From Promethearchaeota archaeon (lineage in GTDB: Archaea; Asgardarchaeota; Lokiarchaeia; Sigyniarchaeales; SOKP01): a DNA stretch of 64,000 nucleotides. The stretch lies in NCBI GenBank assembly GCA_016839705.1, contig JAEOTR010000060.1, forward strand, positions 64,001-128,000, given 5' to 3'. This document shows, piece after piece, positions 49,721 through 60,067 of the stretch. A program made the translations under genes and the position numbers. Numbering within the stretch: the stretch's first letter is position 1; the number at the start of each line of letters is the position of its first letter. The notes beneath the pieces are model-generated. The model had not been told where the DNA came from and ran no database searches. It was given only the letters and a program-made list of their open reading frames with translations.

Positions 49721-50722
49721 CTAATTTACAAATCCATTTAATATCTTATAGACTTCTTCATTTTCAATTTCTGTTACCTTTCTAGGATAATTATAAATAG
49801 GACCCGACGGTTTTGAGGTGTAATAGGGACGATTACATCCAGGACATCCTGAAGTTAAGAACGCATCTGTATCTTTTATAATATCTTTTAATTCTTTTTT
49901 ATTAATATTAAAACGTACAATATCCCCATTAATATTAAAAGTAAAATCACTTCGACTTTTCTCTTTATTAACAATAAGATGCCTCCCTAATTGTAATTTC
50001 CTAAAGTTTAGAAGAGATGGTTGACTAATGTCTTCAAATTTTGTCCCTTTAATCGGAGTGAAGGCAAAAAGCGATACAAGAATTTTCAAATTATGTAGCT
50101 CTTCAATACGAAATATTACATCTTTTTCCATCTCTCCTAAACCAATTATTAGGTGGGTGCTCACAAATCCTTCTGAAAAAATGTCTATTGCTTCAACTAA
50201 ATTCTGGAAATGTTGATCCCATTTATAGGGGCCATCTACTTTATCACCCTTGATTTCATTAAAGATTTCCGGAGTAGTACCATCTAAAGCAATTCCAACC
50301 CTTTCAACACCAGCCAGTTTTAATTCTTTTAATCTATCCTTTGACATGGGAGGGATCGCAACTGAAATCGGGATTTTGATATTATATCTAATCTGAGTGA
50401 TAATTTCCATTAAATCTCTAAAATTTTCAGGATAATTAAGAGTCTGTATACAGATCCTTTTAAACTGTTTTGACGAACGTAAGTATTTCAACTTTGTCAA
50501 GTAATCTTTAAATGGAAATATTGGCCATGTAACTCGAGACAGCATTTCTTCAGAGCTCTTTGATGATCTTGCTTGTGGACAAAACCCACAATTCGCAGTA
50601 CAATGTCCATCCTTATAAGTCATAATGTAGCAGGTAGTTGGGGGATCTTTGAATTTCGCCATCGACCCTAATCCTAAAACAGAAGCACTCCCTATTGACA
50701 CCCTTATTTTTTCAACTTTCAC
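49721..50722 (-). CDS. lipS2: Archaeal lipoyl synthase component LipS2 (radical SAM)
   Basis: CTANCGFC radical SAM motif, LSRVTWP and C-terminal TSGCPGCNRPYY. Confidence 0.8.
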   Translation of the reverse strand: MKVEKIRVSIGSASVLGLGSMAKFKDPPTTCYIMTYKDGHCTANCGFCPQARSSKSSEEMLSRVTWPIFPFKDYLTKLKYLRSSKQFKRICIQTLNYPENFRDLMEIITQIRYNIKIPISVAIPPMSKDRLKELKLAGVERVGIALDGTTPEIFNEIKGDKVDGPYKWDQHFQNLVEAIDIFSEGFVSTHLIIGLGEMEKDVIFRIEELHNLKILVSLFAFTPIKGTKFEDISQPSLLNFRKLQLGRHLIVNKEKSRSDFTFNINGDIVRFNINKKELKDIIKDTDAFLTSGCPGCNRPYYTSKPSGPIYNYPRKVTEIENEEVYKILNGFVN

Positions 50723-50918
50723 AACTCTCCCTAGTCAAAAAGCAAAATTAAGTTTTATTCCTTCAATTTATAATTTTTTTTAGTCATTATAATTATTGTT
50801 GTTTTAAGAAATATCAGAAATTCTTGAATTTTCTCTCTACAAAAAAATTTATTGAATCAATTATTAAAATATTAAATATAAATTACACCCCCAATTTTCA
50901 AAGAAGTGTTGACGTTTT

Positions 50919-53708
50919 ATGGTTGAATATAACCCAAAAATAATTGAAGAGAAATGGCAAAAAAAGTGGGTAAAAGACAAAATATTTGAAGTCAAAGAAG
51001 AACCGAATAAGAAAAAATATTATGTATTAGAGATGTATCCATACCCATCAGGTAAACTACATATGGGACACCTTAGAAACTATACTATTGGTGATTGCTA
51101 TGCTAGATTTAAACGAATGAATGACTTTAATGTTCTTTATCCGATGGGTTATGACTCGTTTGGTATGCCTGCAGAAAATGCTGCTATTGATCACGGAGCT
51201 AATCCAGAGGATTGGACGAATAAAAACATAGAAACAATGAAAAAGCAACAGAAGAGGATTGGATTATCATATGATTGGACTAGAGAAATTTATAGCCATA
51301 ATCCTAATTTTTATAAATGGGATCAATGGTTTTTTTTAAAAATGTTAGAAAAGGGGTTAGCCTACAGGCAAGAAAGTTATGTTAATTGGTGCCCAAAATG
51401 CGCTACAGTATTAGCCAACGAGCAAGCTCAAGGAGGAAGATGCTGGAGATGCAATAATCTTGTTGATCAAAAATTTCTAACACAATGGTTTCTTAAGATA
51501 AGGGATTATGCTGAGGAACTACTCGAAGGATTAAATACAGTTGATTGGCCTGAAAAAGTAAAAATAATGCAACGAAATTGGATAGGTAGATCAAAGGGTA
51601 CTATTATAAAATTCCCAATTGTTAAAGAAGAAAAGACAATCGACATTTTTACGACAAGACCAGATACTCTTTATGGAGTTACCTTTATGGTTTTCGCTCC
51701 CGAACATCCATGGGTTCGTGATTGGGTGAAAGGAACGAACTATGAGAAAGAGTTTGAAAAGTTATACGATGAAGTTATGCATCAAGATAAATTTGAAAGA
51801 ACAGATATTGAAATAGAGAAAAAAGGGATTTTTATCGGAAAATATGCAATAAACCCAATAAATAATGAGGAAGTACCGATTTTTATTGGTAATTTTGTTA
51901 TCTATGAATATGGTGCAGGTGCCGTTATGGCAGTACCCGCACATGACCAAAGAGATTTTGAATTTGCAAAAGAATATGATATTCCAATTAGAATAGTAAT
52001 TCAACCACATGACTACGAATTGAATTTAACTAAAATAAATAGAGCATTTGAAGGTGATGGGGTTCTTGTAAACTCCGATGAATTTGATGGGATGGAGAAT
52101 CGATCTGCAATCAATGCAATTACAGAGAAATTAAATGATAATAATTTAGGGTATGCTACAATTAATTACAAATTAAGAGATTGGGGAATTTCACGTCAAC
52201 GGTATTGGGGCTGTCCAATTCCCGTTACTTATTGTGAAAAGTGTGGTATGGTTCCCGTACCATATGAAGATTTGCCAGTTTATTTACCAAAAGATGTTTC
52301 TTTCACCGGAGAAGGTAATCCATTGGAAACAAGCAAAACTTTTATTAATACAAAATGTCCGAAATGTGGTGGGACTGCAAAACGCGAGTCTGATACGATG
52401 GATACTTTTGTAGATAGTTCTTGGTATTTCTTCTCCTTTTGTGATCCACCTTCTGTGGAATCAGAGCTTCCATATAACAAAGAGGTTGTAAATTATTGGG
52501 GTAATGTTGACCAGTATATAGGAGGAATTGAACATGCTGTTATGCATCTAATATACGCACGGTTCTTCACAAAAGTTACACGAGATCTCGGTCTTCACAA
52601 ATTTGAAGAACCTTTTCAATCCCTACTTACTCAGGGAATGATTAATAAAATTCATCCCTATTGTTCTAACTGTAACGCTTTCCTAATGGAAGCAGATCTA
52701 GAACTGATGAAATGTAAGAAGTGTGGTAATACTAACCTAATTGAAAAATCCGTTAAAATGAGCAAAAGTTATGGTAATACAGTAGATCCTGGTGAAATTA
52801 TTGGTAAGTATGGAGCAGATGCGGCAAGGTTCTTTATATTATTCGGAGCTAGTCCTTCCTCCGGATTAGAGTGGTCTGATGAGGGTGTTGATTACGCTTA
52901 TAGGTTTATTAAGAATACTTTTACACTATTAACCGATCCCCCAAAAAATGTAAGGAAGGAATTAACGATTAGAGACACACTGATTAAATATTATTTAAAT
53001 AAGACTATCAAGGAATTTACTGGTAACATGCAGAATCTTGCAATTAGAAATGCGGTTAATAATATAATACAATTTGTATCAGAGCTTGGTAAGTATAAAG
53101 AGGAGGGTATAAAAAATGAAATTTTCGAAGAATGTCGAGAAAATCTACTGATACTTTTGCATCCAATTGCCCCACATATGACTGAAGAAGTTTGGGAAGT
53201 CATTGGTAAGAAGGGATATTTAAGTCTAAATCTCTGGGCTAATTATAACAAGGACCTTCTTACAGAAGAATCAGATTATAAGTGGGGATTAATGAATAAC
53301 ATCTTGGATGATATAAACAATATAAAAATAGCGATGAAGAAAGAAAACTTAAATTCCATTTCAATTATAATCGCTAATGAGTGGAAATTGAAACTTTATA
53401 AAACCCTAGTGCCATTGTTAGAAGAAACCAAAAATCAAGGGGAAATAATGAAAAAATTAATGCAAGATAATGATCTCAAGAAATATACTAAACAAATCGT
53501 GAAAATCGTGAACCGAATATTAAAGAATATAGGTAAATTTCCAAAATTTTGTTTATCTCCAGACGATGAATTTGAATTTTTTGATGAAATCAAACCGATT
53601 ATTGAAATGAAGTACAAAAGTGATGTTAAAGTTATTTTTGAGAAAGATTCAACCGAACAAAAAGCATCTCAAGCACTCCCAAGTAAACCTGCAATTATAA
53701 TCCAATAA
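50919..53708 (+). CDS. leuS: Leucyl-tRNA synthetase, bacterial-type core with archaeal-type C-terminal domain
   Basis: [60 protein letters not shown] and KMSKS. Confidence 0.96.
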   Translation: MVEYNPKIIEEKWQKKWVKDKIFEVKEEPNKKKYYVLEMYPYPSGKLHMGHLRNYTIGDCYARFKRMNDFNVLYPMGYDSFGMPAENAAIDHGANPEDWTNKNIETMKKQQKRIGLSYDWTREIYSHNPNFYKWDQWFFLKMLEKGLAYRQESYVNWCPKCATVLANEQAQGGRCWRCNNLVDQKFLTQWFLKIRDYAEELLEGLNTVDWPEKVKIMQRNWIGRSKGTIIKFPIVKEEKTIDIFTTRPDTLYGVTFMVFAPEHPWVRDWVKGTNYEKEFEKLYDEVMHQDKFERTDIEIEKKGIFIGKYAINPINNEEVPIFIGNFVIYEYGAGAVMAVPAHDQRDFEFAKEYDIPIRIVIQPHDYELNLTKINRAFEGDGVLVNSDEFDGMENRSAINAITEKLNDNNLGYATINYKLRDWGISRQRYWGCPIPVTYCEKCGMVPVPYEDLPVYLPKDVSFTGEGNPLETSKTFINTKCPKCGGTAKRESDTMDTFVDSSWYFFSFCDPPSVESELPYNKEVVNYWGNVDQYIGGIEHAVMHLIYARFFTKVTRDLGLHKFEEPFQSLLTQGMINKIHPYCSNCNAFLMEADLELMKCKKCGNTNLIEKSVKMSKSYGNTVDPGEIIGKYGADAARFFILFGASPSSGLEWSDEGVDYAYRFIKNTFTLLTDPPKNVRKELTIRDTLIKYYLNKTIKEFTGNMQNLAIRNAVNNIIQFVSELGKYKEEGIKNEIFEECRENLLILLHPIAPHMTEEVWEVIGKKGYLSLNLWANYNKDLLTEESDYKWGLMNNILDDINNIKIAMKKENLNSISIIIANEWKLKLYKTLVPLLEETKNQGEIMKKLMQDNDLKKYTKQIVKIVNRILKNIGKFPKFCLSPDDEFEFFDEIKPIIEMKYKSDVKVIFEKDSTEQKASQALPSKPAIIIQ

Positions 53709-53873
53709 TAACAGGAATTTTTCTTCCCACTTTTCTTCAAAGTTTAGTGCACTTGTTAAGAGTAGTTTATTAACTTAAGATTAAATAAATTATTTTTATT
53801 CATAAAACCTTAAATCTAATTAAAAAATGGATTTGTTTAATTCTAAGAAAATGTCAAAGGATTTTATACTAAA

Positions 53874-54743
53874 ATGACAATCTACGAACTTAGTATCATC
53901 TCAACAACTGGGTTCCCATATTATAATAAGGTAATTAACCCTATACCTGAAGGAGTAAGAATTTTTCTTAGATTTTTTGATTTTTCCAGTGATAAATCCA
54001 TTATCCATGACCAATTAGATTCCGATTCAAAATTTGATCTTACTGCCGGATTAATATCAGCTTTATTCGAATTTGCTCGCAATATAGATAAAAAAATTGT
54101 AAGACTTGAATTTAAAGCAAAGAAATCACCTAAAAATTCCAAAAAAGTAGAAGAAAAAAACAAAGAGAAAGGAGACGTATTGGTTACAGCCCAAACAGAA
54201 TCATTTCTACTCCATAATTCAGTGCGTGAAAAGGTTAGATTAATTTATAAGAATTTTATAAATGCTAAAGTTCCTCTCGACTCTGCGGATTCGATTATAA
54301 AAAATGAAGAGAATAAAATTATTGATATTTTAACAGATTCAAAAGCGAGAAAAACGATTTCTAATCACCAAAGTGAACTTAAACATACCGCAAACAACTT
54401 CATGAGTGAAATGAAAGATTATGGTCTATGGGGAATATGCATAACGTCATTTGATCTATCTCCTATAGTTGCATATGGCAAGAAATATTCCCTCAACCAT
54501 GTCAATGAAATTTTAAGGCATATCAGCTATATCCCTGATATTGATCCTTTAGAATGGATATATAGACAATCATTCTTTTCTGAGGAACAAATCCAAGTCT
54601 GCATTATCAAATCAGGCATAGGACCAACAATTGAAGATACATTATTCGAGCCCTATTTTTATCTACTATTTGCCGATCCTCAAAGTTATTTTGGAGAATT
54701 CCCTGCTAAACTGACTGCTGCGTTCAATAATATCCTTGGATAA
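53874..54743 (+). CDS. Hypothetical protein, longin/roadblock-like fold(s)
   Basis: N-terminal IYELSIISTTGFPYY beta-hairpin and LTAGLISALFEFA helix resemble Asgard longin-like domains; second half GLWGICITSFDLSPI. Recognised by eye only. Confidence 0.5.
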   Translation: MTIYELSIISTTGFPYYNKVINPIPEGVRIFLRFFDFSSDKSIIHDQLDSDSKFDLTAGLISALFEFARNIDKKIVRLEFKAKKSPKNSKKVEEKNKEKGDVLVTAQTESFLLHNSVREKVRLIYKNFINAKVPLDSADSIIKNEENKIIDILTDSKARKTISNHQSELKHTANNFMSEMKDYGLWGICITSFDLSPIVAYGKKYSLNHVNEILRHISYIPDIDPLEWIYRQSFFSEEQIQVCIIKSGIGPTIEDTLFEPYFYLLFADPQSYFGEFPAKLTAAFNNILG

Positions 54744-54770
54744 AAAACCTAAAATTCAAGAGATATAAGA

Positions 54771-55541
54771 CTATTGAATACTTTTCTCAGCAGCTTGCAC
54801 TATCTCAGCTAGGGACTCTGATTGAAGTGAAGCCCCACCAACTAAACCACCATCAATATTCTCTTTGCTAAATAGGATTTCAGCATTTTGTGGCTTTATT
54901 GACCCACCATATTGTATCCTTACTGAATCTGCGGTCTCTTGGTTATATTTTTGAGAAATTAATTCACGTATAAACATGTGAATCTCCTCTGCCTGCTCAG
55001 GAGTCGCTGTTTTTCCTGTACCTATTGCCCAGATTGGTTCATATGCTATTACTGTTTGAATCATCTGATCTCTCGTAAGATCCTTAAAAGATCCCATCAT
55101 TTGGTTTTCTATTACATCTTTGGTTCTTCCTGTTTCTCTTTCCTCTAGATGTTCACCAATGCATACTATAGGTTTTAAACCAATCATTAAAGCTTTTTTC
55201 AATTTTTTATTAACTATTACATCTGATTCATTGAAAATATTTCTTCTTTCACTATGTCCAAGAATAATATATTCAACTCCAATTTCCTTTAAAAACTGTG
55301 GTGATATTTCCCCGGTAAAGGCTCCCTTTTCTTCATAATACATATTCTGAGCTCCAAGCTTAACATTTGTATCTTTTATAATTTCATAAGCACTTATCAA
55401 TCCCGTAAATGGAGGTGCGATTACCACCTCAACATTTATTACATTTTTAATCAGAGGAACGAAATCAATCAACATTTCTTTCGATTCTTTCGGTGTACCT
55501 CTATTCATCTTCCAATTTCCCCCAATTATTGGTTTTCTCAA
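54771..55541 (-). CDS. tpiA: Triosephosphate isomerase (bacterial/eukaryotic type)
   Basis: GGNWKMN, GAFTGEIS, GHSERR, AYEPIWAIGTG, YGGS and LVGGASL; probable TTG start at 55541 after GAGG. Confidence 0.97.
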   Translation of the reverse strand: MRKPIIGGNWKMNRGTPKESKEMLIDFVPLIKNVINVEVVIAPPFTGLISAYEIIKDTNVKLGAQNMYYEEKGAFTGEISPQFLKEIGVEYIILGHSERRNIFNESDVIVNKKLKKALMIGLKPIVCIGEHLEERETGRTKDVIENQMMGSFKDLTRDQMIQTVIAYEPIWAIGTGKTATPEQAEEIHMFIRELISQKYNQETADSVRIQYGGSIKPQNAEILFSKENIDGGLVGGASLQSESLAEIVQAAEKSIQ

Positions 55542-55663
55542 CTTCTTTAACCTCAAAATATTTTTAAATATTAAAAATACCAATTTTCGTTATTTATCAA
55601 TTAAGATACAGAGACTATTAAACTCTCACGAAAAATTTAAAAAATATAATCAAAAAGAAAGAG

Positions 55664-56173
55664 CTAAGATAATTCAGATTTAGGAAGTTTTTCAGGTAGT
55701 TTAGTGGCTTCTAAGAGCTTTTTTACTTCATCCATATCAGGAGCCATTATCTCTGGCAAACCTAATTGTGTACGCCTTCTTTCTATAGCAGGTTGCATTG
55801 GAATTGCTTTTCCATGCTCTAACACTGTTGAAGCTTGACCTGTATAATGAACAGGTGCTTCACCTCTCTCTACACTCATATTTTTTAAAAGTGTAAAGAT
55901 CTCTGTTAGCTCAACTTTTTGAGGACATACTTCATCACACGTGTCACATACAGTACATCCCCAAATATTAAAAGCATTCTCTGGTCCAAATATTTTCTCT
56001 TTAAGACCTAATAGGGCATCTAAAATTAACCGCCTCGGGTTGTATCTACCCTCAGTAACCTGCGCTACCGGACATGCTCCACTACAAGTTGCACATTGAT
56101 AACAATATGCTAATGTATTACCAATCTCATTTCCAAGAATTTGGTTTCTGAAATCAAAATCTATAGTTGCCAT
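55664..56173 (-). CDS. hdrC: Heterodisulfide reductase subunit C-like 2[4Fe-4S] protein
   Basis: CYQCATCSGACP, YNPRRLI and WGCTVCDTCDEVCPQ. Confidence 0.88.
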   Translation of the reverse strand: MATIDFDFRNQILGNEIGNTLAYCYQCATCSGACPVAQVTEGRYNPRRLILDALLGLKEKIFGPENAFNIWGCTVCDTCDEVCPQKVELTEIFTLLKNMSVERGEAPVHYTGQASTVLEHGKAIPMQPAIERRRTQLGLPEIMAPDMDEVKKLLEATKLPEKLPKSELS

Positions 56174-56579
56174 ATGAATTGATCTGTTTATCTTATTATT
56201 ATCTAGTATAACTTATTGTCGATTTTAAAATTAATTCTTTTAAAATTTAGTTTTAAAATTAGTAAATTCACTTCATTTGCAGAAGTTTCAACTCTGATTG
56301 TTTCAAGTAATCTAATGATAAAATATCTATCAAAAATTGTTGCTTCAATGCTTATTTACACTTTCGTGTAATGTTATTCTTAACACATGAGATAAGGTAT
56401 TATTTTAGTTAGAAGTTCCAGTATTATTGTTAAATAGATCGGTACCTGCATTACTTTATCGCGATTTTTGAACTTTATGCTCTTTTCAGCACACACATTT
56501 ATAGTTAGAGTTTTTATTTATTAATTAACAATTTTGTATATTTTTTCTTAAAAATCTATTCAAAACACTGAGTAAAAGA

Positions 56580-57284
56580 TTGCCAGGTATGATAAAAGAA
56601 GTAATAATACGTGTATCTGAAAAATTTATTATAGTTATTATTTCCATCTTTTTGTATGTACCAATAATAGTTGGTATTTTATCACCAATGTTAATATTCT
56701 TCCCACTTGATCTTTATATTTCTTGGTCATTAATCGGAGATAGGCTGTGGATGTGGGGTTATTATCTAATTCCTTCACACTCACTTACTCTGGTAATCTC
56801 GATTGAAGCGTTTCTATTTTGCTTTGGATTAGGATTACTTCTATCTGGGTTATTTACCTTGGTAAAAGAAAAAATAAAGGGAGTTGGGTTGGTTAAGACC
56901 GGAATATATAAATATTTTCGACACCCGCAGAATTTAGGCATTGTCCTAATGGTGCTCCCATTCGCAATATACGTTCCAGGATTCAGAGATATTGGAATTA
57001 GAATGGGCGAGATAGCATCTTGGCTATATTTTGCCTTCTTTATGTGCCTCTATTCTTTTTATGAGGAATGGCGTTTATCAAGAAAATATGAAAATGAATA
57101 CCTAGAATATTATGGAAAAACAGGACACTTCATTCCTAAAATAAAAGATAAAAAAACTGAAACTCCACCAAGAATAAATTTCCTAAAGAAAATTCTAATA
57201 ACAGTTTTAGTATACGTGTCCTTTTATTTTCTACTCGACTTGATAATACGATTATTCTTTGATTTAATAATCTATTACAAATAA
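56580..57284 (+). CDS. Isoprenylcysteine carboxyl-/phospholipid methyltransferase-family membrane protein
   Basis: LVKTGIYKYFRHPQNLG and EEWRL..KY..EY.EY...T..FIP; several TMs. Confidence 0.85.
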   Translation: MPGMIKEVIIRVSEKFIIVIISIFLYVPIIVGILSPMLIFFPLDLYISWSLIGDRLWMWGYYLIPSHSLTLVISIEAFLFCFGLGLLLSGLFTLVKEKIKGVGLVKTGIYKYFRHPQNLGIVLMVLPFAIYVPGFRDIGIRMGEIASWLYFAFFMCLYSFYEEWRLSRKYENEYLEYYGKTGHFIPKIKDKKTETPPRINFLKKILITVLVYVSFYFLLDLIIRLFFDLIIYYK

Positions 57285-57558
57285 AACATAGGTTTGATTT
57301 TTTCTGGTGTAATTTCATACAAATAACCGATAATATTTGTAAAGGAGTAAGCCGAAATGCTGCTGTTGAATATATAAAGGAAATGAGTTTATGGGAAATT
57401 CAACAATAGTACTGGGTAACAATGTTAAGTTTCTAAATATCAGTCTCATCAGTATTAAATTCATTTAATTTAAATATTATAATTGTATAAAGAATATCTT
57501 GAAGGGTAAAACTATATCGAGTATTATTAAGTAAGTATGTTAAAAAAAAAAAATTTGT

Positions 57559-59661
57559 ATGCCATCCCAGAAATTAAGTTTATTAAGCTTAGTAAGGTAT
57601 ACCAAGAACGAACTTCTACTTGAATCGTTCCTACAGGCAAAAGGTGAACATCGATATAGGATTTTAGAAAGATATAAAAAGAAAGGGCGTTCACTCAAAC
57701 TTAAAGTAATAATTACTAAAATCATATATGCGGTTATATTTGGCATTCTTCCTATAATGCCATTATTAACTTATTTTCAAATTATCGAAAACCTTATAGA
57801 AAGTCCTGTTTCAATTGAAAGTATAATATTTTTTGGAAGTATTCTCTTTACATTGTATTTTAGTCTACAATTTTTTAATTTCTTTCTAATGGGGCTATTA
57901 GAATCTGGTATGATAATGTCTGGTATTATCTTTCGTTGGCTTGAAACTTTGCCAATTTCAAGAGATAAATTACACAAATTAGCTTATTTAACTATATTCC
58001 GAAGTTTTGATATCCCGATGATTGTAATTGTATTAGGGTTTCCAATTGCAATACTCGTTGGAACTCAGAACATCCTAATTTTTTTTGTAGCTTTAGGTAT
58101 TTCACTCTTAAATATTATTTTTTCCTTTAATCTTCTTATTATTTTTGGAGAAAGACTCAATTGTGTCTTAGATTTTAACAAAGGTAGTTCGAAACGATCA
58201 CTTTTAATTAGGTTGTTTCATATCCTGAGTTATTTAATAGTAATTCTTGGAAGCATATATATAATCCAGTGGGTTTTTAGCTCACTTGATGAGATTTTTC
58301 GATTAATTATAGAACTCGAATACCCTTCAATGGTAAATCTTATTCTTAGCATGATACCATATCCCTTCAATCCAAGTTATTTATTCTCAAGAATTATTAC
58401 ATTTAATCAAGGTTCTTTAGAATCCTGGGTCAGTATCTTTATTGGTTTAGGGCTATTTATAATTCTAACCTGGTGGAGTCATCTAAAAGCATCAAAAACA
58501 CTTAAAAAAATCACATATACGAAATATCGAAATACTAATAAAGATGGTCGTTCAGAATTAGTAGGAAATGAAATTCACATTAGGATTAAAACTCACTCTC
58601 CAATTGAAGCATATTTACGTAAAGATTTATCCGCAGCTTCACACGATCTTAAAACACTTCTATCTATGATAATGCCTATAATCCTCTCATGTATTTTTTC
58701 CTTTTCCTTTAATATTGGTAATATGGGAGTTGCGATTTTATTAGAAAGAGATCTATTTTATAATTGGGTGGGTATATTGTTTTTTAGTCCAGTAATATCC
58801 AGTATGCTAGTATATGGGGTATTAAATATAGAGATATCCGGTAAATCTGTTATGGCATCGCTACCGATCAATCCTCGAGAACAAGCAATTGCAAAATTTG
58901 AATTATTAATAATTCTTCAAACACTTGCAGTATTTACTCCTCTCTTGATATATATAAATACAGACAAATTTCTTCTTTTACTCTTCACAGTATTATTAAC
59001 TCTACCTACAGTATGGGTATATATAGTTTTAACTTTTGAATTAAGAGTTCTCTATTTTGGTAAATTTAAAAACCATTATGTAGTTGATGAAGTTAATCCA
59101 GAAAGTAGGAGTTTTAAATGGATTTTAATCTTGTGTATTCAAGATATTATCTCTTTCTGGCAAATCTCAGTCTTAATTACATTTTATTTAAATCAGCAAT
59201 TTCTTAATTCATTAATTTTCTCCTTTTTTGCAGTAGATTTAATAGGATTCCTAAGCGTTGTTGTTTTATTTGAAAAAATTTTCCCAGATCTTCCAGCATT
59301 CAAAACAATTCCCATATTTCAATACGATTTCCAAAATTTGCCCAAATATACATTAGATGCAAAACTTACCACGCTTCCTTCAGCTGAGAAAGCACAAATA
59401 ATTAAAGAAATGAATAAAAATCCCGATGTATATTCTGATAAGATAAAAGAGAAAATTGACCTAGGAAATAAATTAATGAAACAAGAAAAATTCGATGAAT
59501 CAATACATGAATTTCAAATTGCTTTAACTCTTATTAAAGAGAAATTTAACATTTTACCCGATACAATAAGAAATAGGTTTAATGAGGGAAACGAAATTAG
59601 AGAAATTTATAGTTTAATTAATCAATTGGAAATTAATAAAATTAAAAACAAGGAGCAATAA
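57559..59661 (+). CDS. Polytopic membrane protein, ABC-2 permease-like, with helical (TPR-like) C-terminal tail
   Basis: Two TM blocks each containing a WLETLPIS / MASLPINPRE motif; C-terminal GNKLMKQEKFDESIHEFQIAL. Confidence 0.65.
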   Translation: MPSQKLSLLSLVRYTKNELLLESFLQAKGEHRYRILERYKKKGRSLKLKVIITKIIYAVIFGILPIMPLLTYFQIIENLIESPVSIESIIFFGSILFTLYFSLQFFNFFLMGLLESGMIMSGIIFRWLETLPISRDKLHKLAYLTIFRSFDIPMIVIVLGFPIAILVGTQNILIFFVALGISLLNIIFSFNLLIIFGERLNCVLDFNKGSSKRSLLIRLFHILSYLIVILGSIYIIQWVFSSLDEIFRLIIELEYPSMVNLILSMIPYPFNPSYLFSRIITFNQGSLESWVSIFIGLGLFIILTWWSHLKASKTLKKITYTKYRNTNKDGRSELVGNEIHIRIKTHSPIEAYLRKDLSAASHDLKTLLSMIMPIILSCIFSFSFNIGNMGVAILLERDLFYNWVGILFFSPVISSMLVYGVLNIEISGKSVMASLPINPREQAIAKFELLIILQTLAVFTPLLIYINTDKFLLLLFTVLLTLPTVWVYIVLTFELRVLYFGKFKNHYVVDEVNPESRSFKWILILCIQDIISFWQISVLITFYLNQQFLNSLIFSFFAVDLIGFLSVVVLFEKIFPDLPAFKTIPIFQYDFQNLPKYTLDAKLTTLPSAEKAQIIKEMNKNPDVYSDKIKEKIDLGNKLMKQEKFDESIHEFQIALTLIKEKFNILPDTIRNRFNEGNEIREIYSLINQLEINKIKNKEQ

Positions 59662-59863
59662 CCAAATTTTCGTCAATCTTCTTCACTTACTAACTTTTTT
59701 AAACGAACTAATCTAACTATTTAGAACATCTTAAGAAACAATAACTAGATTTTTTAATTGTGGTTATTTGGAAATACTTTGTCTTAGGGTAAGTGACTAT
59801 TCTGGAACCTGCTACTGATAATAAAAAAGAAAAGAAAAAAAGAAAAAATTTCAGATTTATTAA

Positions 59864-59894
59864 GGATGGTTTACCTTTCGAAGGTTCCCCATCC
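59864..59894. other. GC-rich intergenic hairpin
   Basis: GGATGG-TTT-ACCTT-TCG-AAGGT-TCC-CCATCC in an otherwise very AT-rich spacer. Confidence 0.6.
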
Positions 59895-60067
59895 CATCTC
59901 ACTGTGATTTATGCATTTTTTGATTTCTTATGATATACTAAAATGATTTCATCATTAAAATCCATTTATAAATTCTAAATAAAACCAATAAAAGCAATTA
60001 AATATTTATTCCCACAATTATATAACAAAAACAAAAATAATTGTAAAACACACAAAATTGAATTATC

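Noticed and set aside
57290-57410. Short open frame (IQITDNICKGVSRNAAVEYIKEMSLWEIQQ) with an 8-bp hairpin as a gene remnant or second intron
   Set aside because: No recognisable homology, and no BHB geometry that restores a longer frame.
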